A stretch of DNA of 58,045 nt from NCBI GenBank assembly GCA_001275005.1, contig JWZX01003265.1, positions 1-58,045 of the forward strand, read 5' to 3'. A program made the position numbers and the translations under genes. This document shows positions 1 through 9,974 of this stretch, one piece after another (position 1 is the first letter of the stretch; every line of letters starts with the position of its first letter). The notes under the pieces were generated by a model that saw only the letters and a list, made by a program, of their open reading frames with translations, was not told the DNA's origin and did not search any database. The stretch is from Chrysochromulina tobinii. Taxonomy: Eukaryota.

Positions 1-1
1 G

Positions 2-379
2 GCGGCGGCCGAGGCGGCGGCCGCCGGCTTTCAGCTCGAGCTGCTCGACGTCGACGAGCACACCGTGCTCTGCACGCTACCGCTACCGGTCGGCGCTCCC
101 ACGGAGATCGGCCGTGACTCACTCGGCCTCTCGGACTTCAAGCGCATCTCACGCACGCAGCTCATCATCACCGCGAATGGCGGAGATGGCTGCACGATCC
201 AGCGCGCCGGCATCCACCCAAGCTACTGCACGCCGTCGACTGGGGCGTCGCCGCAAGCGATCGAAAGGGGCAGCAGCGTTGATGTGGCCCTCGGAAGCAT
301 CCTCTACATGAGCCATCTGAAGGAGCGCGGCTTTCTATTCCCATTCCGTGTTGTACAGGTACCATTCAACATACCATGA
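2..379 (+). CDS. 3' end of a gene ending in an FHA domain of the PNKP/APTX/TDP1-like type (partial; runs off the window start)
   Basis: Frame is open from base 2 (AAAEAAAAGFQLELL...). It contains EIGRDSLGLSDFKRISRTQL...GIHPS, matching the FHA GR...SR.(H/Q)...(N/H)PS pattern. Stop at 377-379. Confidence 0.55.
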   Translation, partial: AAAEAAAAGFQLELLDVDEHTVLCTLPLPVGAPTEIGRDSLGLSDFKRISRTQLIITANGGDGCTIQRAGIHPSYCTPSTGASPQAIERGSSVDVALGSILYMSHLKERGFLFPFRVVQVPFNIP

Positions 380-563
380 TTTCGCCAACGAGGCTAGCAA
401 GCAAGCAGGAGCGGAGTGCTCGGTTGCGCTGGTTAGATACTTGTGTTGTTTCGAGCTTTCGCTTCTCATCGTGAATGGAGGGGTGGCGTGAGGTGTGGGA
501 AAACGGGAAGAGGCCTCAATATGACGGGATGCGAGAAGCCGTCGAGAAGTGACGTGGCTCACC

Positions 564-1463
564 ATGACGACATTAGCCACGCGCGGAGCGACGCCCAAGG
601 CGAAGAAGCGGCGAATCTCCGTGGCGGCATCAGAGGCGCTAGACGAGTGGGCACCCGAGTGGGCACCGCTGCTCTCGGCACTCGAAGATCTCGGCAGCAG
701 CTGCGATGCGCAACTGCCTCTGCTGGAAGTTGATAGCTGCCGGGGCGGCGCCATCCTCTACGCGATCCAGCGGGTGCTGCAGCTTCACAACGCCGTCGCG
801 AGCGCAGACGGGCAGGCAAGCAGCGAGCGCCTCGGGCCCGTTGATCTCTCTGCGCTCTCCGCGAGCGGCGCTGCGCTGCCATCGCTTCGCTCCACCGTGT
901 ACGAACGAGTGGCTGCCTCAACGCGGCACGCTCACAGCTGCTGCGAGAGCGCGCTCGGAGGTCGCAGCAAGGCTGCGCGCAGCACACGTGGCCTCCGCAG
1001 CGGGCCGCCGCTCGAACACGAGCTTGCAGACGCAGATGAGCGCATCGGCTCTGGTTCTCGATCACCCGGCGGTGGGCACGAGGACACGCGCAGCTTCCGC
1101 GATGCGTACATGGTGATGCTCGCGGACGGCGCGGCCGACGAGCTCGATGCGCTCCGACGCGAGGAGCCGCCCATGGATGAGGCCGCGCTCGCCACCCTGA
1201 TCGACGCGCTCGAGCACGGCGCAGAGACCTTTGCACCACGCCAGCGCCGGCTGATCGAGGCATCCTTTTCTGGCGGTGGCTCGTGGTGGGAGCGGCGCGC
1301 GACCGAGCTGGAGGCAGCTCGCTCGTGCAAGGCGGCGGCTGGGTCCACGCCAACCACGCCGGCCCAGTCACACACACAGTCACACACACAGCAAACGTCG
1401 GCTTCACTCGTGGCGAGGGTGCGCGAGCTTCGCGGATTGCGGCCGGGGCAGCGGCGCGGTTGA
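564..1463 (+). CDS. Hypothetical protein with an Rsa3-like (ribosome-assembly protein 3) domain
   Basis: First in-frame ATG at 564; N-terminal basic NLS-like AKKRR. FRDAYMVMLADGAADELDALRREEPPMDEAALATLIDALEHGAETF resembles the Rsa3 core (F..Y....DDLD.LR.....L..LI.AL..G...F). Confidence 0.55.
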   Translation: MTTLATRGATPKAKKRRISVAASEALDEWAPEWAPLLSALEDLGSSCDAQLPLLEVDSCRGGAILYAIQRVLQLHNAVASADGQASSERLGPVDLSALSASGAALPSLRSTVYERVAASTRHAHSCCESALGGRSKAARSTRGLRSGPPLEHELADADERIGSGSRSPGGGHEDTRSFRDAYMVMLADGAADELDALRREEPPMDEAALATLIDALEHGAETFAPRQRRLIEASFSGGGSWWERRATELEAARSCKAAAGSTPTTPAQSHTQSHTQQTSASLVARVRELRGLRPGQRRG

Positions 1464-1752
1464 AGCTCGTACATGAGCTTCACTGGCCTATCCAGCTTTC
1501 AAAGAGGTAGCCAGTAGCGAGAGATGGAGTTTCGGAGCTGCGCGTGCTGAGGACGAATAAGAATCAGACTTGTGTCTTAGTTATGTCTTAGCGGCAAACG
1601 CCTACTCACACCCACGGTTATAGGCGTCTTCGGACGGTCCCCGGCCCGGCCCGCGCTGCCTCCGCGACCGTCAGCGTCTCGACTGCTGTCTGCTCGGGGT
1701 GCTCGCCCGCAGCCGAACGCGAGACACGCACCGCCCGCGCCTCCCCCTTTCC

Positions 1753-1848
1753 GTTCTCCTACAGCTGTTCTCCTACAGCTGTTTACGTTCTCCTACAATC
1801 GTGCCTCGAAATCGTGCCTGCAAGCCTTGCACGCTTGAATCGTGCCTC
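1753..1848. repeat. Cluster of short direct repeats (GTTCTCCTACA x3, then AATCGTGCCT x3)
   Basis: Read directly in intergenic sequence. Confidence 0.8.
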
Positions 1849-2957
1849 AAGGTGCATCCTGACCGGGGAGTGCCTACGACGACGTATGTAGTCAAATCCT
1901 TATCAAATCCTCAGGACCAAGGTGGCCTGCGGCGGATCGCGACCATGTGCGGTCGCGACGACGACGCTGCCGGCCACTCCCACAGCGAAAATCGCTCCAT
2001 GCGCTCGATGAGGCGCTCGGACTGATACAGCGTGAGCACCGGCGCACCCAGGCGGATCGGAGTTGACGGATTGACTCCAGAGTGCAGGTGCGACACCTGG
2101 CCATGCATCTCGTTGAGGACTCGTTGCTTGAATTGGGAGGTTTACACCGTGCGAAGCCGCTCCGCTCGGACAGGATCGGGATGCGACGCTTCGAACCCAA
2201 ATGTGATGAGCCGAGGCGGCGACACCGTGTCGGACCGTGTGGTGTCGGGGCTCACAAGCCTTTGACGGCTTGTCCTTTTCTGCTGTGACGTGAGGAGCTG
2301 GGACCTGCTGAAGTGCAGCCGCGCCTCCACGCCGAGCGCATCTGCCTCCGACACCAGCGAGCCGTATCAGCCGCTCGACGACACACGGCCGTCGATCGAG
2401 CGACGCCTCGCAAAATGACTCGGCGCGATCGGATGATCCATGGAGTTCGCAGCGACAGACAAGAGTCGTCAAACGAGTGTCGCCGCCAGGAGAGGAAAGC
2501 TTCCCGTCGTGCTGTGAGTGCCGAGTCCGGAGCGTGAGAGCGTCTCTCGCTCCCCGACAGGCTCCCTTCAGACCCTTCAGGGGGGTGCTTCGGACTTTGA
2601 ACAAAAGTCGAATGCCGTCGAGAGCCTTTCATGCTTGTTAAATCATGCATGCATTCGACGAGAGCGTCTATAACAAAGACACGCTCCCGTGTCTTTGCCT
2701 TGCAAAAAGCAAAGACAGGGAGCGTACCAAACGCATCGGCGCCATGGAATACAATGTATCGAGCTCGTGCCCCCCTCGGCCCCCTCGGCCCACAGCACCC
2801 CACAGCACCACCCAAGCGAGTCGGCCGCGCGCGCACGTTTCACGCGTTTCTCGGCGAGTACGCGACCCCAATGCGTACCGAATTTACAACAAGTAGTGTG
2901 CTCGCGTCGCATTAATATGTATCTTCGTACTTTGAGACTGAATCTTGCTTTCATGCT

Positions 2958-3120
2958 TTGACCCAAAGGTGGGTGCTCTGGATTCACACACTGGTCACTA
3001 CGTCCCCACTCCACCTGATTTTGAAGCCGAACTGAGTGATTGACCCAAAGGGGTTTAGTGGGAGGTTTTCTTTTCTGGATTCACAGTGACTATCCCCACC
3101 ACCTGATTTTGAACTGAGTG
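2958..3120. repeat. Two diverged tandem ~80 bp non-coding units
   Basis: Both units share TTGACCCAAAGG...CTGGATTCACA...CCCCAC...CCACCTGATTTTGAA...CTGAGTG; they start at 2958 and 3040. Confidence 0.8.
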
Positions 3121-3229
3121 TTATTCCGGCTTTACGTGGTCGTCGGCGTACGCGCGTCCACGCCCACCGAGTCTCTCTGGTCGGGTCACCCCCGCGGCGC
3201 CTGCCATGATCCTGTTCTTCTTCCTCATG

Positions 3230-4060
3230 TCATTCCACATGTTTCTTCTGCTTCATCTTCGGAGCTGCGTGTGCTCCAGGTAGTCGAGCTGGCAGCTGGC
3301 TCATCTGTTTCATCTCCACGACGAGCGAGCCGGAACAGCTAGCAGGCTCGGTTTGCCATACGAAAACCTGCATCGCCGGGTTTCTCGGATCGCCGACGCA
3401 CGGAAGCGGGCCTATCTTGCCTGTGGCCTGCAAGGCGGCCTTCCACTCCTCGTGGAACGCGGCTGTGCCAAGGTCTCGTACGGCCCATTCGTCCTGCGAT
3501 CGTAGCTGCAGAACAATCTCGCTGATTATGATGCCGCCCGGCTTGAGCACGCGCACAGCCTCAGCGGCAAAGCTCCGCAAGTCCTTGATGTGGTCCATAA
3601 CGTTCGTGAAGACGACATCAACCGTCGCGGTCGCAAACTGGAGCTTAGTGGCGTCACCATATAACACGTATCTCGATTTCGGATTCGGTGCAATGTCGAT
3701 GCCGACTGCAAAAGCGCCCACACGTGTGAATGCCGACACCTCTCCGCCAGCTCGGGCTCCCACGCAGAGCACGTTCAGACCCTTCAAGGGAAGCGTGCTG
3801 AAGTACCGCAGCACGCGCCTTTCGACGTTCTTATCCACTCTGAAGACCCATTCCGGGTTCTCCGCCATCTTGCTGCCCTGCCATTTTTCATACTCTGTCT
3901 GGTTGGAGGTGAGACGATTTATGTCCGCCTCCTTCAACAACTCCTTGTGCGCGAGCGGTGCGGTCGCATGCTCAAGAATGAGACACAGCAGCAGCAGCAA
4001 TAGCGGCGGCGGGGCCGGCAACAGTAACCATGGACGGCTCGGCTGAGGGTATGGTGCCAT
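3230..4060 (-). CDS. Class I SAM-dependent methyltransferase (Methyltransf_11-like) with an N-terminal signal anchor
   Basis: Motif I VLCVGARAGGE, AVGID, YGDATKLQF..VDVVFTNVMDH, AVRVLKPGG; hydrophobic LLLLLLCLIL N-terminus. Confidence 0.85.
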   Translation of the reverse strand: MAPYPQPSRPWLLLPAPPPLLLLLLCLILEHATAPLAHKELLKEADINRLTSNQTEYEKWQGSKMAENPEWVFRVDKNVERRVLRYFSTLPLKGLNVLCVGARAGGEVSAFTRVGAFAVGIDIAPNPKSRYVLYGDATKLQFATATVDVVFTNVMDHIKDLRSFAAEAVRVLKPGGIIISEIVLQLRSQDEWAVRDLGTAAFHEEWKAALQATGKIGPLPCVGDPRNPAMQVFVWQTEPASCSGSLVVEMKQMSQLPARLPGAHAAPKMKQKKHVE

Positions 4061-4265
4061 AACTTTTTAGTCCGCGGGAACCACATGAATTCCCTCAGAG
4101 CCTGTCGTGGACAAGCCGTGCACCCACTTGGAGTGGCCGCTCTTCAATTTGTCTCGTTCAGCTCTATGTTGCCCAGTGTGAAGGGGCGATAATGATGGCG
4201 AACATAAAGCCCGTCTAGTTGGCTCGGCTCCGCAGAACCGCGCCGGGAGCCGCGCCGGTAGCCCC

Positions 4266-6158
4266 ATGTTCAAGAAGAGCGTTTTCGCCGTCCCAGTGGA
4301 CGTGTCCAAGCAGGTATCCAAGCAGGTGGCCTTGCGCCCAGCCGAGGAAGACATCCGCGCGGTGGGCTCACCCGCTGGCAGCCTGAGCAAGGTGTCTGCC
4401 TCGGCATCGGCAGACGCCGCAGATGCCCCTGTGGATGCACAACCGCAGACGGAGGTCCAGATGACGGAGGTCCAGTTTACGGAGGTCCAGATGACGGAGG
4501 TCCAGATGACGGAGTCGATCGCTTGTGAACACGCAGCGGCTCCACCATCGCCGCCGCTGCCAATTCCGCCGCCAACGGTACCGCCGCCACCGGCACCACC
4601 GGCACCGGCACCGCCGGCAACGGCTCCGCCGCAAGCACTGTCACCGGCACCGTTGCCACCGCCGCCGCCACCGCCGCCGCAACCCGCGCAAGCTTTCGGG
4701 CCGCTCTCCTGGATCCGACATAAGGCCGCAGCTGTGCTTTCCGACGCCCTCGACCATGCCGGGCTGGCTGAGCCTGCGGGTCCTCTGCTGGACTGGCTGG
4801 GCGGCGCGGCGGCGGCCGTGCCCGGAGCAGAGCGCTACTCGGAGCAGAGCGCGTGCCTCGTGTGCTTCGACAGCAAGCCGACGTTTGCCACGCCGCAGTG
4901 TGAGGGGCATGCGATGTGCACGAGCTGCGCGGTGTCGTACGTGCGTGGCGCGCTCGGCGACGCGACAGCCCAAGTGCAAGCAGCCGGCATCAGGTGCCCG
5001 ATGCACGGCTCGGGCGGGTGCCAAGGCTTCGTCAACTCGGTCGACGTGGTTCGGTTGCTCAAGGATCGCGACGCCAAGCGGTTCGCCAGGCTGGCGATGA
5101 GCGGTCTGCCACTCCCAGTTAGTGAGCCTGCCCTCCGGAACACGAGTAGTGCACATCCAAGCACACCACCGACCAGCACTCGGCAGGGCCAGTCTGTGTC
5201 TCTAGGGGGGCGCCGTAGCTCTGCCTGGACGCGCTTCCAGGGAGTCGCCGCGCGCGCCATGGCAGCCAGCCTCGGACCGCCCCAGCTCAGTGCGGAGGCG
5301 ATCTCGATTGATGAGGTGCACCGTCTGGAACGGTTCATGATGATGGCGGCCATCCCAGCGCACTTGCGCGCGTGGTGCCCGCGATGCCATATGCTCCTAG
5401 AGAAGGCGGAGTCGAGTGCTGCAGCTGTGGGCCCCTCGCGGCGGCTGTCCGCCTCCGCACGCTTGCGAGGCGCGCTCAGGCGGCTTATGGCACGTGATCT
5501 AGATGGCACGAGCGCCCCACGCCCTCCACCTCTTGTGTCGTGTCCCCACTGTCAGCATCGGTGGGACCCGAGCCGCGACGCGCCCGATGCGCGAGGGGGG
5601 CGAGGCGACCGTTCCTTTGACGAGCGCGCCTCGGCCGCCTTCATCGCGCTCACCTCGAAGCGCTGCCCCAACCCTCGGTGCAGCCAGCGCATCAGCCATT
5701 TCCACGGGCATGCGTGCCATCACATTGCGCCAGCCACTGACGGCTGCCCATCGTGCCACCAACACTTTTGCTACGTGTGCCTGAGGGCGCACGGGAGGCC
5801 CGGGGGGCAGGGCTACTCGCGCAACCGCGCGTGTCCTCACGGCTCCTCCTTTTGCAAGAACGAGCAGATCTTCGAACACCTCGTGCTGCTCCCGTACCCG
5901 TACGATCGCCGATGTGGGTGCCCAATCTGCTCGCTGTGCCAAGCGGGCCGACCGTGCGCGCAGTGTGATGGGCGATGCGTCGTGTGCCAAGGGCTGGTGC
6001 CGCCGGGCCCATCCGGGATCTCTATGGCGGCCTTGGAGGCCTACGAGGACGGCCACCGGAACGGCTGCATGCAGAAGAGCTGCTGGCCCTGCGGATTGTG
6101 CTCGTCCGTAGAGAGACCGCAGAGAGTCCCGCTACCTTCCCGTGTGACAGCTGTGTGA
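4266..6158 (+). CDS. RBR (RING1-IBR-RING2) E3 ubiquitin ligase-like protein with a Pro-rich N-terminus and an extra Cys-rich tail
   Basis: RING1 CLVC...CEGHAMCTSC...RCP...C; IBR-like WCPRC...SCPHC; RING2 KRCPNPRC...GHACHHI...CPSCHQHFCYVC. Confidence 0.8.
   Translation: MFKKSVFAVPVDVSKQVSKQVALRPAEEDIRAVGSPAGSLSKVSASASADAADAPVDAQPQTEVQMTEVQFTEVQMTEVQMTESIACEHAAAPPSPPLPIPPPTVPPPPAPPAPAPPATAPPQALSPAPLPPPPPPPPQPAQAFGPLSWIRHKAAAVLSDALDHAGLAEPAGPLLDWLGGAAAAVPGAERYSEQSACLVCFDSKPTFATPQCEGHAMCTSCAVSYVRGALGDATAQVQAAGIRCPMHGSGGCQGFVNSVDVVRLLKDRDAKRFARLAMSGLPLPVSEPALRNTSSAHPSTPPTSTRQGQSVSLGGRRSSAWTRFQGVAARAMAASLGPPQLSAEAISIDEVHRLERFMMMAAIPAHLRAWCPRCHMLLEKAESSAAAVGPSRRLSASARLRGALRRLMARDLDGTSAPRPPPLVSCPHCQHRWDPSRDAPDARGGRGDRSFDERASAAFIALTSKRCPNPRCSQRISHFHGHACHHIAPATDGCPSCHQHFCYVCLRAHGRPGGQGYSRNRACPHGSSFCKNEQIFEHLVLLPYPYDRRCGCPICSLCQAGRPCAQCDGRCVVCQGLVPPGPSGISMAALEAYEDGHRNGCMQKSCWPCGLCSSVERPQRVPLPSRVTAV
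4449..4514 (+). repeat. In-frame 15 bp tandem repeat (ACGGAGGTCCAGATG; TEVQ[M/F] x4)
   Basis: Read directly. Confidence 0.9.
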
Positions 6159-6353
6159 GATCACTGCGAGTCTGAGACTCTGCGAGGAGCGAAGTTGCTG
6201 CTTCTCTGCTGGTTGGACGTGCGGAGCACACAAGAACCTGTTTCGTCACGACTTCCGATCTCGCGTCTCGTTGAGCGAACCAAAATAACCGTCGGCTGAT
6301 CCGCCCGATCCATCGGCTCGCGCACCGACGGTCACCCACGAGTTCTCATTCCA

Positions 6354-7022
6354 ATGCGCCTACTGTCTCCTGTATCGGCAATCGATTTGCTGATCGCAAG
6401 CGGATTTCGCAGCCAGACCAACGCTCTCAAATCCATTGATGATGGGCAAGCTGTGGATGTCGAGCAGGCTGTCACGATACCCCAGATCCATCGCCGGGAC
6501 TCACAGTGCCATTCAGCGGTGATGCTGCCCACTGAGCATCCAGCAACGCAGCAGCTCTCCACTCTTGGTATGCTACCTATGCACAGGGTCCTGTCCAGGG
6601 TGACGACGACGGCCAAGGGACGGCCGCACGGCCAGCCCGACGCGTTATACGAGCCTCTCTCCAAGCCGCCCTCAAAACCGCCTCTGCTCCCGCGCGCGCT
6701 CGAGCCGTTGCCGCCCGGCGACACGCCAATCCTCGATGACGGCGCCGGCGTCTTCACGCCACACACACGCAGCCTCTTCACCCCGACTCTGCCCTTCCCG
6801 CTGCCGTCAGTGGCCTCGACACCGGTGATGTCGTCGCCTCTTGAGGAGCCCGAGCTCGAGTCGACATCGACGTGGCTGCCGCCCGAGAAGCCTGGGGTCC
6901 TGCCCACGCAGCAGATCGTGCGTGGCAGCCGGACCCCGCGGGTCAATCTTCGGCGTGTCCGTGAGGGAACGAGTCTTGCGTCTCTCGGCGAGCGGAGCAC
7001 GGTCCCTCGTGTACGGCTGTAG
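6354..7022 (+). CDS. Hypothetical Pro/Ser/Thr-rich protein (start uncertain)
   Basis: 222-codon ORF between two + strand genes with coding-like 3' two-thirds; no recognisable domain. Confidence 0.4.
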   Translation: MRLLSPVSAIDLLIASGFRSQTNALKSIDDGQAVDVEQAVTIPQIHRRDSQCHSAVMLPTEHPATQQLSTLGMLPMHRVLSRVTTTAKGRPHGQPDALYEPLSKPPSKPPLLPRALEPLPPGDTPILDDGAGVFTPHTRSLFTPTLPFPLPSVASTPVMSSPLEEPELESTSTWLPPEKPGVLPTQQIVRGSRTPRVNLRRVREGTSLASLGERSTVPRVRL

Positions 7023-7144
7023 ACACGGAGGATTGTGGGCCATGGTACCCAGTGATTCGAAAAGCCAGGAGCGATTTTCCCGCGACTTTGTAATTGGACT
7101 GACATGGACTGACGTTGACTTTGGACGATCGCTCGGCGGCTAGC

Positions 7145-8608
7145 ATGGACGAGCGTTTCTCCGTCCTCTCGTCACGGATGCGCACGACCGTCCTGCTGAG
7201 CGGCCTCGTGGCTGCCAGCGCATCATCATCATCAGTGTGCCGAGGCTATGGCTCGAGGCTGAGCTCGCGACTCGACGTCATCGACGCTGCCACGCCGATC
7301 CCTGTCACAGGATCGCAGCCAGTCACCCAGCCACAGGCGGCGCTGCAAACCCTTTACAGCAGCTTCGTGGACACTGCCCTCCGGTCATTCCAAGGCTCAA
7401 AGATGCTGGGCACGGCCGCTGAGCGGCCTGCTTTCGCGAGCGAGGCCGAGCATTGGCTCACATCCTTCTCGTCGGCATCAGTTCCGCATCAGCAGCGGGA
7501 GCAGCCCGAAGATGGCGTGAGCCCTGCTGTGGCCTCTCTGCTCAATGGCACTGTGTCTGGTAGCACGGGCAACAGCAGCAGCAGCAGCAGCCTCAGCAGT
7601 ACCGGCAGCAGCATTGATGCAAACAGCAGCAGCGGGAGCGACGCGATCGGCGCCGTCGCAGCGCTCGGCGGTGCGTTGCGCTCGTGCCTTGGGCTTTTGC
7701 ATGCGACCCTGATGGCCAAGATCGACGCGCGGCCTCCGTCATTTGCACGCATGCCTGCCGCCAACCAGTGGAACGGCATGCTGCTCCTCTCGGGCGGCGA
7801 CCGCAACGCCGCCCTCTCCGACCGCGTGGTGGCCAACCACGCCGCCTTCGCGGCACGTCGCGGCTACGCATACTGGTGGCATCGGGGCTCACTCGTGGCG
7901 CCGCTCGGCTGGCAGCCGTACTGGCATAAGATCGCGATGCTCCGTCGCGCGCTCGTGCGCTTCCCCACAGCGAGCGCCCTCATATGGATCGACGACGACA
8001 TCGTGCTCACCAACTGGGGAGGTGAAGACATGCTTCGGGCCGCCCTCGGCCGGTCGAACGCGAGTGTGCTGACCACGGGGGACCCGGCGAGCTGGGTGGC
8101 GCTGAACACGGGCATCGTCCTCGTGCGCAACGACGAGGGTGGGCGAGAGACGCTCGAAGAGGTCTGGCGGCGCGCGACCGCCCCTCGTGCCGACGGCGTC
8201 TCGCTCGCCTTCGATAGTCAGGCTCGCTGCCTTCATGAGCAGCAGGCCCTCGAGGAGATGCTCGGCGAGCCGTACTGGCGCACGCGCATCGGTGTGCTCG
8301 CACAGCGCGACCACGAACACACTCCCACGATGGCCGTTGCCGCCGCGACCGGCACCGCCCGCGCCGTCCAATCCGCCGCCCGTGACGACGCCACCTCCGA
8401 GGGTGCCGCGCCTCAGCCGCTCTTCAACCTCAACACGTTTCTGCGCTGGTCGCACTACAACGCGGAGCGCCGCTCGTACCTGCGCTTCGACACCGATCGG
8501 CACGGCTCAGGCTGGGTCAAGGGAGACTTTGCAGGCCATTGCTCAGGCCTCTCCTCGGTGCGCCGCGCCCTCTGCACCGCCGTCCTCCTCAGCTCCGTTG
8601 TGCGATGA
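7145..8608 (+). CDS. Glycosyltransferase family 34 (GMA12/MNN10-like galactosyl/xylosyl/mannosyltransferase)
   Basis: NHAAFAARRGY, YWHKIAMLR, LIWIDDDIVLTN (DxD), LNTGIVLVRN, HEQQAL, WVKGDFAGHCSG. Signal-like MRTTVLLSGLVAASA from the second ATG (7178). Confidence 0.85.
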   Translation: MDERFSVLSSRMRTTVLLSGLVAASASSSSVCRGYGSRLSSRLDVIDAATPIPVTGSQPVTQPQAALQTLYSSFVDTALRSFQGSKMLGTAAERPAFASEAEHWLTSFSSASVPHQQREQPEDGVSPAVASLLNGTVSGSTGNSSSSSSLSSTGSSIDANSSSGSDAIGAVAALGGALRSCLGLLHATLMAKIDARPPSFARMPAANQWNGMLLLSGGDRNAALSDRVVANHAAFAARRGYAYWWHRGSLVAPLGWQPYWHKIAMLRRALVRFPTASALIWIDDDIVLTNWGGEDMLRAALGRSNASVLTTGDPASWVALNTGIVLVRNDEGGRETLEEVWRRATAPRADGVSLAFDSQARCLHEQQALEEMLGEPYWRTRIGVLAQRDHEHTPTMAVAAATGTARAVQSAARDDATSEGAAPQPLFNLNTFLRWSHYNAERRSYLRFDTDRHGSGWVKGDFAGHCSGLSSVRRALCTAVLLSSVVR

Positions 8609-9974
8609 GCGGAGGGCATAAGTCATTGTGCACAGGCGACAGGGAGAGCGGAATCTGCGGATCCGGGCGGGCCACCAGACAGTGCGCGGTCCCTTAGATT
8701 CGAAGATGCTCTGAACCTTTATCGAGTTTAGGTTGGTTGTGACACTCCTGGTCATCGTCTTTTGGTCTTTAGAATTGAGTACATCGGTCCGTATACTCTT
8801 TATCCAACTACGTCACTGTACCGTGTCCGTATAAACGCGAGCGCACAGCGCTCGGACGCAACCGCCAACCCCGACCTCCCCGCACTCCGGCGCCAGTGCC
8901 CAGTCTGGAGTCTCGTCGTGTGAGCGGACCGCGGTGTCTGACTCCGAAACTCCCGCCCGGCCGTCTCGCTGACTCGCGTGCGAGGAGTCGAGGTTCGAGT
9001 CGAGTCGCGCAGTCTCAACACCCTGGAACCCCAGCTCATACCCCCGCACGGCGCACCCGGCGGTGCTCATATCAGAAGGCGACCTGTCTACGTCCACTCT
9101 TCTCACTAGGGCAGACTGCCAGTTCCGCAAGAAGCGACGGCGGGTCGTATGATATCGCCACGCCTCAGACGGAGGTGCGAAATCTAGGTCAGCTTGGTAA
9201 CCTATCCTCTGGGGTCTGCGAGCACGTCTGCCCGCCGCCGGCTTGGCGCGTCTCGCCAGTTCTCGGACGAGGCGCGCACGGCATGGGCCGAGGCGCTGTT
9301 CTCGAGCCGCGCCACGAGAAGCTCGACAGGGTCTGTGGTCGCCCTCGGCCGCATGGTCTATAGCTGGCAAGCCGCGGTCTGCCATACAGCGCCGCCAGCG
9401 CGGAGCGCGACACCACCATCGGCGGCTTAGCGCCCGGATGCCGGCCGGTGATATGGAGATCGGTGATATCTCGGCCGCAGATATGGAGATCGGTGCTGCT
9501 CAAAAAGTTGCAGAGCTCAGTGCAAAGTTGTGACGGACGTGCCAACAACAACCGTGGGCCCACGGTCGGGTGCCGTCCCTGCGTTGCGTGCCCTCGAGTA
9601 ATTTTGCTTCAGACGGCTCGCTAACCCAGGTCCTCGGATGGGCCCTGCACATTGTCTCAACGCCTCCCCCGCGAGGCAGAGTAGCAAGCATAGAAGGAGC
9701 ATGCGAAACAATGTGGACGGCATCACGTGCGAATAATCGTGAGGGTTCAGCAAATCGTTCAAGTTGCACATGATGCAGGCTGCTCTTCTAGCGCGTGCGT
9801 CCCTCGCATGGGGTTCACTGGCGTTAAGTTTCGTCACACACCTGAATCGAAACGTTACACCTGAAATCCTAACTGGAGTGTATATAAGGTTAACGAACCA
9901 CTCCACAGATGCGGCCGCCGCCTGCACTCGTGCTCGGGTTTGCAAACGCGTCGTGCTGAACGCTCAAGAGCCAT

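Noticed and set aside
1890..2870. Overlapping minus-strand ORFs, one frame with an in-frame TGA (selenoprotein or pseudogene?)
   Set aside because: No recognisable domain, no CxxU-type context and no identifiable SECIS; cannot support a gene model.
2958..3120. CRISPR-like interpretation of this and other repeats
   Set aside because: Only two diverged units, no constant repeat-spacer periodicity, no cas genes, and a eukaryotic context.
8800..9560. Fragmentary ORFs with a duplicated GATATGGAGATCGGTG (DMEIG x2)
   Set aside because: May be a decayed gene, but no consistent frame or homology is recognisable.
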